The notes below the pieces were generated by a model. The model ran no database searches, was not told the origin of the DNA, and saw only the letters and a program-made list of their open reading frames with translations. This document shows positions 13,278-25,640 of a stretch of 64,000 bases of DNA, piece by piece. The position numbers and the translations under genes are program-made. How positions within the stretch are numbered: position 1 is the first letter of the stretch; each line of letters opens with the position of its first letter. The stretch comes from Octopus vulgaris (Eukaryota), in the NCBI GenBank assembly GCA_951406725.2, contig OX597817.1:108314001-108378000 (forward strand), written 5' to 3'.

Positions 13278-13349
13278 ACCAGCCATGAGGATCAAACTCA
13301 CAGCCCTCTGATTTACGGTCAGAGTACTCTACCTTTAAGCTATACTGCT
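13278..13349 (-). pseudogene. tRNA-like sequence (degenerate; GTA in anticodon position)
   Basis: A box tagcttaaaggtagag, stem-loop tctga-ccgtaaa-tcaga, T arm gtgag-tttgatc-ctcat. The acceptor stem is imperfect. Confidence 0.65.
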
Positions 13350-13608
13350 GACTGACGAATTCTACTGCAATTTTAGAACTATAAAGTCATCCAGAAATGC
13401 TAGATGTCATAAATTATGTCATGTAAACAAACATAATTTTGCTTTTGAAGCATTGAAATGTATCGTAGAACAAGTAGAAAAATATATTTTTCAACACGTA
13501 TATACTGATACCAACAGCATATATAGGATAAAATCATTTAAGAGCAGAAAAATTTGTCAACAACTAGCCATGAGGATCGAACTAAAATTGCAGAAAAATT
13601 CATCAGAC

Positions 13609-13680
13609 AGCAGTTTAGCTTGAAGGTAGAGCACTCTGATTGGAAATTAGAGGGGTGTGAGTTCAATCCTCAATGCTGGT
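13609..13680 (+). pseudogene. tRNA-like sequence, inverted copy of 13278-13349
   Basis: tagcttgaaggtagagcactctgattggaaattagag..gagttcaatcctc. Confidence 0.6.
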
Positions 13681-15498
13681 TGCTGAAAAATGTTTCTGCT
13701 CTTAAAGGATTTTATCCTATATATGTTGTTCTATCAGTATTTATGCATTGAAAAATATATTTTTCTACTTGTTCCACAATACATTTCAACACTTACGCTT
13801 GTTTACATATGATGTATTTAAATATAAGTTCATCATGAAGAACCTGTTTGAGCAATCCAGATGTTCAAACATCTGCTATGTCTGTGGCAAAAGTGCTATA
13901 GAAAAGCATAGAAAAATATCATTGACTTTTAAAACAAACACATTTTCCTTATTTTGGAGTAAAGCTTGGAAATCAATTACAAGTCATGGGTTCCCATAAT
14001 GTATGCAAAACTTGTATATATCCTTCTCAGATGTGAAGAAATGGAAAAAGAAAAAAAATTAAAGATAGTGAATTTATGCTTGGACAGCAAAATGGGTACT
14101 TTCATGTACTTATAGGATAATAGAGCAAAGCAAGATCCTTGAGAAAAAGTGACATGGTCTTCAAGGGAGACTGTGGCCATTGAGACAGCAAATATCGTTA
14201 ATGAATCATTAGTTCAAAGAACAAACATCAATCTCTTTCCCCTCCATATCAAAGCAGGGCGGATGAAGGATTTTGTTAAAACTTTGGACAAAGATGATTA
14301 TTGCTTCACTATCTTTGCAGAACGTTCCTGGACTTGAAAAATTAAAAGGTAAAATATTTACTGGTTTTCATATTTGTAAACTTATCAAAGATTCTAGTTT
14401 TCCAAATATATATAAATGATGTTGACATTTCTGCTTGGGACACTCATGTCTCAGTTATTGAGAATTTCTTGGGTAACAAGAAAGCAGACAATTCTGAGGA
14501 ATTTATGGAAAGGCTGCTCAATGGGTTAAAAATACTGCTGCTAATTTGAACATAAAAATACATTTCTTCCATAACCACTTGGGCAGATTTCCAGAGAGGA
14601 ACAAGGGGAGAGGTTCTACCAGGATATTAAGGTAATGGAAGAAAGATATGAAGGCAGATGACACAGATACCTGATAGCAGACCACTACTGGAACATTCAG
14701 TGTGAATGTCATGCTAAACCACACAAAAGAAAATAATACAAATAGTGTGGTTTGAAGGATTGATTGATATATTTTAATGCACTTAATTAGCCAATGTTAC
14801 TGAATTATCTTATATATTATAATTGCATAAGATACCATAAAATGTTTTGAGCTTATTCCCATGATTTTTAGTGCTATGACACAGTGAATAATTTAGGTAT
14901 TTTATGTCAATGTGTTCTGATTGCCCTTAATATGAAATGTATCAGATGACCTAATATCTAAAAATCAATTCAGTAACTAGTGTATATCATAAAAATGTTA
15001 GGGGTCTCAGAAGGCTAAGCTTATCAAATTCTCAAGTATGAAAGTCATCGATTATGTCAAAAACTAGAGCCAATCTAGCAAAACTGATGCCTTGTTCAGA
15101 TTCAGCATCCAAATTCACTTCCAGGTCACTCAAATAACTTTGGTAATGAAAATAATATTGACCAGTATCCTGTATTATCAATAGTAAATTCTTTGTTGTC
15201 ACTCAAGACCAAAGAGAGAGAGAGAGAGAGAGGGAGAGAGAAAGAGAGAAGAGAGCTAACCACTTCACTTCTCTTAAAAACGTCAAAATTTAATTTTATA
15301 AGTTAGTTTACAAACTTAGAAATTTATAAGGCTGACTTAGCAGAATCCCAATACCAAAAAAACAAAACAAACAAACAAAAAAAAAAATTATAAACTCCTT
15401 TGAATTGGATACAGACATGATATATTTTCGTTCTAGTTTCTGTAGGATTAAACTAAATATTACCTGTCATGGCCACTTACATTACTCATGAATTGATC

Positions 15499-15542
<44 letters not shown>

Positions 15543-15841
15543 TTACCACCCATTTTCCATGCTAGCACGTGTTGGATAGATTGACAGGAGCTGGCTAGGT
15601 AGAAGACAACACCATGTTTTTATGTGACACCAGCACTGGCAAGGTCTCCAGTAACTTACAAGACAAAGCTCTTTTGAAAGGGGATGTGGCATTGAAACAA
15701 AGATCCTTTGAGAGGGGATATATTTCTTTTAAATGGTTGAATTAAACCTATTTATTTCAAATTAGTGCTGTAACTTGACTTAATGAATGTGTAGTTCAAC
15801 ATCACTCTTAAAATTTTAAGATTTTCTTTTCTTCATTTCAG

Positions 15842-15872
15842 CATTGTCCTGATATCATATTTTCTCTCTGTG
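15842..15872 (+). CDS. Candidate exon (IVLISYFLSV)
   Basis: Long pyrimidine tract ttttcttttcttcatttcag and donor gttagt. Confidence 0.25.
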
Positions 15873-16778
15873 GTTAGTATTAAAATTAATATAATTAATG
15901 TTCAGATGTATGTTTTTGTTATGATCCAGGCTTAAAGTAGAACTTCAATGATATTTACTGGTTAGTGACATATGCATTCCTTATGGATTCACTTTTGTTC
16001 TTTGAAGTGCTGAGCTACTGCAATATACCATTGTACTTATTCAAATCAGGTTGACTTAGCCAGCTACAGTTAAGAGTCTATTACACCTGCTCATATATGA
16101 TAAGATACAAACCATTGACTCTCTAGTAGGTCGGTAGTTAGATTCTTGCTTCAGCCAACTGTGTTTGTCTTTGGACTGTAAAACTGTAATTCAGATGCTT
16201 TGTGATATCAAGTTTGGTAACACACACTTCTAACATCAAGACCTGTCTGTGTCAATAATAGGAATATTGCTATTAAAGAGGTATTGAATCATTTGGCTAC
16301 CTCATTACTAGCTACTCAGATTTCATTTGAAGCCAGAAGAAATTACAACAAAGAATGCTTTGTAGTTGTTGATATGGAGCTGAGCCAAATATACTTTGTA
16401 TATGTTACTGAAACATTCATTTCTTATGTTTAATTGCTTTTACAATGTAGGTAGTGTTATTATTCTCTGGTTGGGATCCATACATAAACATTTGTATTGT
16501 TTCCTTTCCAAGTTAAGAAGCACTGTCTTCAAATGACAGCTATTTTTAGGGAAATATGTATCATAAAACTAATGTATACGTGTTGTTAACAATGGTGTCT
16601 GTGTCAATCAAATTCTTTAGAGCTTATTTTATTGTTATAAAATGTTGACATATTTTTCCAGGTCCACAATATTTAATTTGTACATATTTTTTGTTAAACT
16701 ACCAAAACACAATGTCTGTGTTATAAAAAACAATGTGAATGCAATACTTTTTTTAAAGTTTTTTATTTCTTATTTTAG

Positions 16779-16805
16779 ATTGAGTTCATTAGTGGAATAA
16801 TTTGA
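16779..16805 (+). CDS. Candidate terminal coding exon (IEFISGII*)
   Basis: Acceptor ttttttatttcttattttag, with a stop in the frame implied by the upstream candidates. Confidence 0.25.
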   Translation: MEFISGII

Positions 16806-16982
16806 TGTTAAAAACCCCAAAATGTTATATCCCATGTTTTCCAAGTATAATGTGACACAGAGAAGCTTATTTTGGAAATAAGATACAGGAATGTAGACAG
16901 ACAAACTTTTTACCTTACACATCACACACACACCACAGACACAAACACATACATATATGTATGTCTGTATTTATGTGTGTAA

Positions 16983-17019
<37 letters not shown>

Positions 17020-17488
17020 TATCTATGTGTGTATACACACACACATGCTCACATATATGTATTATGACTCTCTTGATCACCTAAGTAAGTATATATAAAT
17101 GTATATATATGTGCATGCGTGTACACACACGCATATATGTGTGTGTGTATATATACATATATATATATAAATATATACACACACACACTCACACACACAT
17201 ATGTATACATACATATGTATACATATGTTTGTAAGTATATATATATATATATATATACATATGTGTGAGGGTGTGTATGAGTGTGTGTCTGTGTTTGTAC
17301 CCCCACCATCACTTGATATCCGATGTTGCTGTGTTTACATCCCCATAACTTAGTGGTTCAGCAAAACAGACTGATAGAATAAGTGCTAGGCTTACAAAGA
17401 ACATGTCCTGGGTCGATTTGTTTGACTAAAGGTGGTGCTCCAGCATAGCCGCAGTCAAATGACTGAAATGAATAAAAGAATATGTATG

Positions 17489-17752
17489 TCTCCACTGTCT
17501 TGTTTTTGTTCGCGACTTTGACCCTTCATAAATCCCAAATTTTATTTTGGAACTGTTGGGAGTAACTGTTTTGAAGACTCATATTTGTCATTGAAGGCTT
17601 GAAATGAGGAGTAGCTAGACTGGCGACAACTGATGAAGGGTTGCTCTCTGTGTTACTTGTCCTATTTGCCACTTTTTGTTTTGCTGTTTGTGTATTGAAC
17701 TTGTTTGTTTTTGTACTTCATGTTGTTTACACAGTTGGTGACGTCCTGTATC
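17489..17752 (+). mobile_element. Short dispersed repeat, probably Penelope-derived (second copy 19519-19792, partial 24690-24852)
   Basis: Shared tccactgtc..ttgaccc..aaatcccaaatttt..gacaactgatgaaggg..gacgtcctgta.ccatatatgca. It sits in TA/CA microsatellites. Confidence 0.6.
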
Positions 17753-17761
17753 CATATATGC

Positions 17762-17794
<33 letters not shown>

Positions 17795-18169
17795 CATACA
17801 TATATATATATATATAACTCCAAGAAAGTTAGGGGTTGTGGATCCAACCCACTAAGGAATAATATCGAGCCAATATACTGCTAGTAGAATACCCAGTTAT
17901 TAATACACAAGTGTTTTTTATTGCATTGCAATTACATTACCTAGTGTATTAAATGGGTGAGGGTAAAGAGATATTTTACCATTAATTTATATCGCAAATA
18001 AGAAAATGGAGGAGAACAATAGGTGGTTCATCAACTTTTGGACATTAAAACGTTAGCTTATTTATTTATTAAACTGATAATTATAATAACATACATACAT
18101 ATAGCATATTATTCTTTGCATATAAGATATGAGATATAAAATATAGTGATATATAAGGATACCAGTAAT

Positions 18170-18438
18170 TATGTAGGATCACGATTTTGATTCCCAGACC
18201 GGGCATTGTGAGTGTTTATTGAGCGAAAACATCTAAAGCCCCATCAGGCTCCAGCAGAGGGTGGAGGCAATCCCTGCTGTAGTCTTTCACCACAACTTTC
18301 TCTTGCTCTTTTTTCTGTTGGCCTGCTCACTTAGCCAGCGGGGTGGTGTCATTAGAAGGCTAAAACAATGCGAAGTGCATTGTGACCAGCAATGTGTAGC
18401 AACATCTTATAGCCTGGTTGGTCACGGTGATCACGGTG

Positions 18439-18440
<2 letters not shown>
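18170..18440 (+). mobile_element. tRNA-derived SINE, 5'-eroded (CORE-like family)
   Basis: B-box-like ttgattcccagaccggg followed by ttgagcgaaaacatc. Ends ggtcacggtgatcacggtgata into (TA)n. Confidence 0.55.
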
Positions 18441-18469
<29 letters not shown>

Positions 18470-18492
18470 TATATATAAATACACACACACAG

Positions 18493-18569
<77 letters not shown>

Positions 18570-19138
18570 TAAAGTCTAACCTCCATATATGTAGTGTATC
18601 TATTTTTATATGTTTTTGTATCTATACACAGATGTGTATAGATGCAAAAACATACACAGATATATTCATCTACACATGCTCATATATATAATTCTTAGAT
18701 ACATTCTAACTAGGTAAAAAAATTCTTATATGCATTCTTAAGCAGGTAAGAAATAGTATAATAAAGTAAAATGACAAACACATATACACATATCGCTTTA
18801 TATATGCACACATAAACACTTCTTATTTACATACTTATTACTTCTGAAGGTAGAAATAAAAGAAAGTTAAATAAAGAAGAAAAAGTACAAGCATACATCA
18901 ATTTGTATATGCGCACATATATATTACTTACACACATTCAAAATATTTATAAAATACTGAAATAGATAATACAACATGTTACAGCTAAATAGAATAAAAC
19001 ATAACATACAGATGTACAAGTAAAAGAGAAAATATCCATACTTATCTATTTATATATAGACACATATACACTTCTAATAAATATCCTTTGCTTAAGCCTA
19101 ATCCACATGCAATACATACATACATATATACATACATA

Positions 19139-19185
<47 letters not shown>

Positions 19186-19939
19186 ATGAGTTTATCTTAA
19201 TAATTTTGATGACTCTCTGTACCACTCTCTCTTCCCTCTTCGTTTCCTCTCTATTCTTTCTCTAATTCTTTTCCTCTCCCCTTCACCTTTCTGTATCTGT
19301 CCCTCTCTCCTTCCCACTCTTCTTCTTTTACTCTCTCGTTGCTCACACGTGACCATAGGCCACCTTTCTTTTCCTAACTTGAGCTTCTTTCTTTCCTTTT
19401 GATCTGCAACATAGATCACACACATTCTTGTCTGTTTCCTCTCTTTTCTCCTGTCAAAGCTTGTTCTCCAGCGTTCGCCACCTTACCTCATTATGGCATA
19501 GCAGCCCTTACTGTTTGTTTCCACTGTCCTGTTTTTGTTATCAACTTTGACCCTCTGCAAATCCCAAATTTTATTTTGCTTTGCAGGAGCAACTGTATCT
19601 CGAAGATACATCTTGTCGTAATTGCTCGAAATGTGGAGTAGATAAAACAGCCGACAACTGATGAAGGGTCGTTATTTATGTTACTTGTCTTGTTTTCTAT
19701 TTGTTTCTTTCGTGGTTTGCAAAAAAGTTCTTATTTCATGTTATCGTATTTCGTATTTCATGTTGTTTACGTTTTATGACGTCCTGTACCCATATATGCA
19801 TATGTATATACATATATATGTATATATGCATATATATATTATTTATATTATTATATGATTGAACGCCACACCTCCATTTCCAAGTAAGTTTATATATACA
19901 TATATATATGTATGTGTATAGCTTGATATAAATAAATAA

Positions 19940-19983
<44 letters not shown>

Positions 19984-21760
19984 GTATGTATATGTATTTG
20001 TATAAAGGTGTTGGTGTGTTTATGTCTGTGAAACTTAGCAGTCCAGCAAAAGAACACACATACACTTGTATGTATTTATGTGTGTAACTGTGTGTGTATA
20101 CAGGTGTTTGTTTTTATGTGAAGTTTTATACACATGAGCTGTTAAACAGATCGAAGGATCACTCAATAGCGTTTAGTGCAGTGCCATTTTTTAAGGCTTA
20201 GAAGGAAAAGTTTAATAGTGACTTCGAAGTTTTGGTTTGTATACCATTAACGCTCTGATGACCTTTAGTAAGCCAAAATTCGAGGGCACTATCAAACTCT
20301 TCCTACTTTCTAGCAAACACACACTCACACGTACACCCCCCCACAAATAGATATACATACATACATACATACATACATACACACACTCAAAATTACGTAG
20401 TACTTAATAAAACGAGTAGTTTTTCAAAACTTTCCTTTTGTGTTTCGTTTTATCTTTGAGTTGTTTTATCCTCCTTATTACTGCCCACACTCCACAATTA
20501 TTTTTAATGACTTACTCATGTGCTTTATTAGTTTATTTTTTCTGTTTCTCTCAATTTCTGTGTACATTTTCCCCACATTTTCCTCTTAATCAAATCTACA
20601 TTGGTTGCCTTTTCATATTTCCTATTGTCCTCATCAAACACTTCCATATGCCTAGATTTCTTTTTTCCTCTTTTACTCTCTCTAATTTCCTTTCTCGTTC
20701 TCTATAATTTTTTTTTAGATATTTACTCTTTGTCTATACGTTTGTTACTTTATCACTTTAAATCTTTTTCTTTAAGTATTACAGAGCTCTCAAATCTTTC
20801 CACCTCTTCTCTCTTACGCCATCTCTTCCTTTGTCACTCTTTTTTCATCTCTTACAGTATTTTACTGTTAGCTGGCATTACTGTTATATCACAAACCTCT
20901 CACTGCTATTTATTTCCCTCTCTTCCTCTTCCACTCTGTCAATATTCCACCTTTATAAATTTATAAATGTAACCTACTTTATAATACTCTCCTTCTTTGT
21001 TTCATTTCTTTCAGCACAACCACTGATTTCTCTTTCTAACGTGGGAGTATGACAGAACTCAGGAAAAACAAAAGAAATTGAAAATCTAAAAAGAATACAA
21101 AAACAAAAAGATTTGTGTGTGATTTGGTGTTTTAGATATTAAGAGTGATAATTACTTTGCACAATACAAGAGTGCATATTTTCAGAAATCACGTTAATTC
21201 GCTAAGCTGGTTATCCAAATCTACTACGTAAAACTTTTAGATAATATTGATTTTTGAAACTGGCAAAGAGCCATGCATTTGAGGACAGGGTATATACGTA
21301 TACTCGATACTATATGGTTGGGGCTTTATTTGATTGACTAGAAAAGGTTGAAAGACGAAGTTGACATTGGTGGTATTTGTTCTCAGAATGTAAAGAAGAA
21401 ATAATTAATACCGCAAGTCATTTTGTTCAACACTCAAACGATTCTACAAATCTATCGCTTGGCTCGATAATATTAATAGATTCTTTCGCGTTTAAACTGA
21501 CCTGACTCATAGGATCAAATTTAGAATACAAAGGAAATAGGTATTGGTTAGCAACAATAAATCTCTAGGTGAGTTTATAGAAGAGTTGATCTTTAAAGCT
21601 ATGACCGCAAGAATTGAAAAAAACCAACCATTTTTCTCTAATGGACCCTTCAGGTAGAAAGAAAGTTGTGCTGTTGCTTGGATTGTGAGCAGTCTACATA
21701 TATCTATCTATCAAATACCGTTATTATCTTTACTGTATATACTTTATTTTCATTTTAATA

Positions 21761-22157
21761 TCCTTTTTCTAAAAAAAGCACAAGGCCTGAAATTTTGGGA
21801 GAGAGGCTAGTCGATTATATCGACACCAGTACTCAACTGGTACTTATTTTATCGACCCCGAAAGAATGAAAGACAAAGTCGACCTCAGCGGAATTTGAAC
21901 TCGCAACGTGCAGACGGACGAAATACCTATTTCTTTACTACCCACAAGGGCTAAACACAGAGAGGACAAACAAGGACAGACAAACGGATTAAGTCGATTA
22001 TATCGATCCCAGTGCGTAACTGGTACTTATTTAATCGACCCCGAAAGGATGAAACGCAAAGTCGACCTCGGCGAAATTTGAACTCAGAACGTAGCGGCAG
22101 ACGAAATACCGCAAAGCATTTCGCCCGTCGTGCTAACGATTCTGCCAGCTCAGCACC
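21761..22157 (-). mobile_element. SINE family B composite: head + Tx1-tailed unit + standard body
   Basis: Two copies of the gacgaaatacc junction (~21918 and ~22100). Flanking TSD-like tttattttc[a/g]tttta[a/t]ta at 21743-21760 and 22158-22175. Confidence 0.9.
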
Positions 22158-23070
22158 TTTATTTTCGTTTTATTATCGTGGTTATTTTTATAAGCTCTTG
22201 ATTGTTTATCTTTTATCTTTCACTTGTTTTGGTCATTGGATTGCGGCCATGCTGGAGCATTGCCTTGAAAAGTTTAGCCGAACAAATCAACCTCAGTACT
22301 TATCTTTTTTAAGCCTGTTACTTAGTATATCCGTCGCTTTTTGCCGAACCGCAAATTTACGGGACAAACCGACATCGGTGGAGTTCAAAAACAAGACTTA
22401 ACAGTTCACTTCTTTTGTTCAAGCTATTACTGAGTTGTGAAGGCCTATGCACGCGGCTAAGTGTCTTTTATGCAAATATAAGCCTCCTTGAATTTCGTTC
22501 TGGTTCAAAGGAAAAACAAAACAAAACAAAAACAAAACAAAAAATAAAAAAAAAACAGCAAAAAATAAACAAAGAAAAAACAAAAAACAAACAAAATTGG
22601 TTTCGAAATGTTTAATTAATAGATTTTATGGATATATATTATAATATGTGTGGATGCATGTGTATGTGTGCTTATAAGTATGTATGCGTATGTGAATATG
22701 TATACATGAATATATAGTTCTCTGTGTATATGTGTGTGTATGAGTGTGTATATGTGTATGTATGTATCTGCACAGGCACATACAAAATGAATACGCATTG
22801 ATTAAAAGTACTATTTAAAAGTATTAATTTATAACATAGCTTAAACAGCAACGCAATTTCATGACTTCGCTTGCATGGAGTTTAAAACGAGAACCAGAAG
22901 TGAAATCAAAAGCGTGAGCAAATGTTTTTAAAGAAAAGCTAGTAGTAGTGTAATTCAATGGAGATGAGAGTAGACCATGTGCTTAGAACCTAAATATTGC
23001 TTGGAGACACATGGCATGTTATAAAAACCTGCCTAGACCCGCGTCTCGGATGCATGAAGCGATTAGTATA

Positions 23071-23292
23071 TTGCAGCGTGGAAGGTGTTTATAAGCCATT
23101 TAAAAACACACAAAAACCGTTAGATTCAACATTTAAATTTAGTTTGCTAAAATATTTTCGTCGCTTTCAGACCGCAACCTGTTCACTGACGAAATGCAGC
23201 ACGGAATTTTGGCAAATTAAATTTAAATGTTGAAGTGAATCTAACAGTTTTTGTATGTTTTAAATGGCTTATAAACACCTTCCACGCAGCAA
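23071..23292. repeat. Long inverted repeat (~80-bp arms), MITE/foldback-like
   Basis: ttgcagcgtggaaggtgtttataagccattt.. pairs with ..aaatggcttataaacaccttccacgcagcaa. Confidence 0.9.
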
Positions 23293-23351
23293 TTGATTTT
23301 GGTTCAGCACACGATTTCAGATCAGGTCACTTGCTATGCAAGTACATCTCC

Positions 23352-23387
<36 letters not shown>

Positions 23388-23403
23388 TATATATATATAT
23401 ATA

Positions 23404-24660
23404 CCGGATGTCACAGAAAGTATTTATCGATGATTTAAACAATTCTTGAAATTTATTGGATGAAGCACAGCGATTGATTGTGCACAGTGATTTGGGTGTG
23501 TTTCAGCCTTAAGTGTTTATAGTTTTGTTTGTCTATAATAGTTTTGTCAACAAATACGGCTTCCGGAGTTAAAGGGGATCAAATTGTTGCATTAAAATCA
23601 GCAAGGAAATCTAACAATGATATTGCAAAACAGCTCAATGTGTGTTGTAAGACGGTGTATAATGTCTAGAAACGTTACAATCAATCTGGCATAACATCAA
23701 GCAAGCCATTTCCAGGGCGTAAAAGAACTTCAGCACCAAACACAGTGAAAAAGTTCACAGGAATCTTCGTCGAAGCATGCGAAAAGTGACAAGAGAGCTT
23801 AATATTCCAAAATCTTCAATGCAATGATTGCTAGAGTGGGATCTCAGGCTAAAGGTATACAAAAAGCAAACAAGTAATTTCAGCAGTTTCGAATAAAAAA
23901 AACAGCTCGATAGGGGGGGAAAATGATGTTAACGGAGATGAACAGCATTACAACAAAATCTTCATTTGGAGTTATGAGAAGATCTTCACCGTGGAGGCTG
24001 TAACGAACAAGCTGAACGACAAGCTGTACGCTATTGATGTTCAGGACTTGCCTGAAGGGAGCCGAACCCATTTTCGTCGCCAGAAACCAGCTGGGGTTAT
24101 GGTGTGGGCTACCGTAGCATCTGATGGATCCAAGTCTCCTTTGATCTTCATTTACGTGGGTGTTAATGTGAATAGCACAGTTTACGTCAAAATGTTGGAA
24201 GAAAGAGTGTTGCTTTGGTTAAATGAAACATTTGGAAATAGGTATGTCTTCACTCGGGACTGTGCCCCAGCCCACACCTAGAATCTTACGCATAAATGAC
24301 GCAGAGAGAAAATTTGCAGCTTTTGGGACAAGAAATTTGGCCTCCTTCAAGCCCAGACATCAATTCAATGGACTTTTCTGTTTGGTCCGTTTTAGAGAGT
24401 GATATCACAGCTATTTCATATTCAGATGTGGCGGATCTGAAAGTAGACCTTACTGTGTGGCGTAAATTTGACGGTGGTGCAGTGCTGTTACACTTCAGTC
24501 ATCACTCGTTTGCAGGCCATGATCAAAGCAAGAACGGGTCATTTTGAAATTTGATTGGTAAAATATTGTTCTTATAATATAGGAAGTTTGATTGCCCTCC
24601 CTTATATACATTATGAATAATTACAAAAATATGGTAGGTAAATCTTTTTGGGACATTCGG
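23404..24660 (+). mobile_element. Full-span decayed Tc1/mariner element (DD37D/maT-like)
   Basis: TIRs ccggatgtcacagaaagtattta / taaatctttttgggacattcgg within (TA)n. GVMVWA..SPLIFI..VYVKMLE..DCAPAH and WPPSSPDINSMDFSVW. Confidence 0.9.
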
Positions 24661-24693
<33 letters not shown>

Positions 24694-25269
24694 TAGATGA
24701 AACAGAGGCGGCTGAAGAAGGAGAATTTTCCTTGTGTTGCATGTCTTGTACTCTATTTTTTCGTTGTTTAAGAAAAATGTCCATTTCCTTGGTTTTGTGT
24801 TTATGTTTTCGTTTCTCATTGTGTTCGACGTTTTCTTGGTGTCCTGTACCCATATATGCATGTATATATACATATAGATGTAGGTACGTACATATATGTA
24901 TGTATATATGCATATGTTTTATTTATTAATTTGTTATTATATATATATATACAAGGAAAGAAGTAAGATGACAAACCACAAGATTTATTTTGCAAGACTA
25001 AAGAATATATTAGAATCGTCATAGCAAAAGTATTATACAATATTATACACGATAAGATATTTTCCCTCTAACTTAATAACAGGTTTCGCTAACGCTTTTC
25101 AAATTTTGAGCGTCAGATGGAATTCGGAATGAAAAAGTTTGTTTTCTAGGAGGTGATAATTAGTAACCAAAGTATCTTTCAGTAGAGGGGAAGTAAATCT
25201 GTAATTTTCAGTCGTGATTAACATTTGGCTCTGGCTTATATTTTTCAATAAAAAGGGTAAATCTACAAT

Positions 25270-25640
25270 TTTCAGTATGGGTTTATATTTAGTTCTGGGT
25301 TATATTTTTCGATAAATGAGGTCTCTTTATTTAGTCGCACTTTCGTTGAGGTCCAAATAGCAAAATAGTATAATGGGAAGATTAAGAATTGTGGTTGCAG
25401 TTGTTCTGCACATCTGTCAATGTGTTCACTGAGATATATCTGGCGATATTGTGGGGAAGAGATTCCATTGTAAATTGTATGTTTGTGTTAATGCTATTAA
25501 GGAGTCTTTTGAACTCCAGGAGTTTATCTGTTTTCATTCCAGTCGTCCAAAAATCTTTTCCAGTTTTCTTTTACGTATTGAGAGAATGGGTTTACAAATT
25601 TTGAAACTGACTCCTGATATATTGTTCTGTCTAACAAATC
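25270..25640 (-). mobile_element. Penelope-like element remnant (RT piece fused to GIY-YIG C-terminus)
   Basis: YVKENWKRFLDD..DKLLEFKRLLNSINTNIQFTME, then LSEHIDRC..RLNKETSFIEKYNPELN. Confidence 0.65.

Larger units (their letters stand above)
13185..13810. repeat. 284-bp tandem unit (1.4 copies) plus an inverted copy, each carrying a tRNA-like segment
   Basis: aacaagtagaaa at 13185 and 13469. The reverse complement of the unit runs from ~13584 to ~13810. Confidence 0.85.
12785..15167 (+). mobile_element. Decayed Chapaev3-like (CMC) DNA transposon; transposase remnant at ~13825-14745
   Basis: RTCLSNPDV/ICYVCG, YFGVKLGNQ..HNVCKTC, PLHIKAGRMKDFVKTLDKD, FLGNKKADN, KIHFFHNHLGRFP, EEQGERFYQDIKVMEERYEG, ADHYW. 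Putative ends are cactgagtc (12785) and ttgaccagta (15167), both weak. Confidence 0.75.

Noticed and set aside
20438-21052. Three overlapping Phe/Leu/Ser-rich ORFs
   Set aside because: Pyrimidine-rich low-complexity DNA that is open in all frames, with no domain signal.
22012-22401. Recurrent MRNWYLFNRPRKDE peptides (also at 33716-34064 and 40073-40306)
   Set aside because: Antisense translations of the SINE core, not evidence of a gene family.
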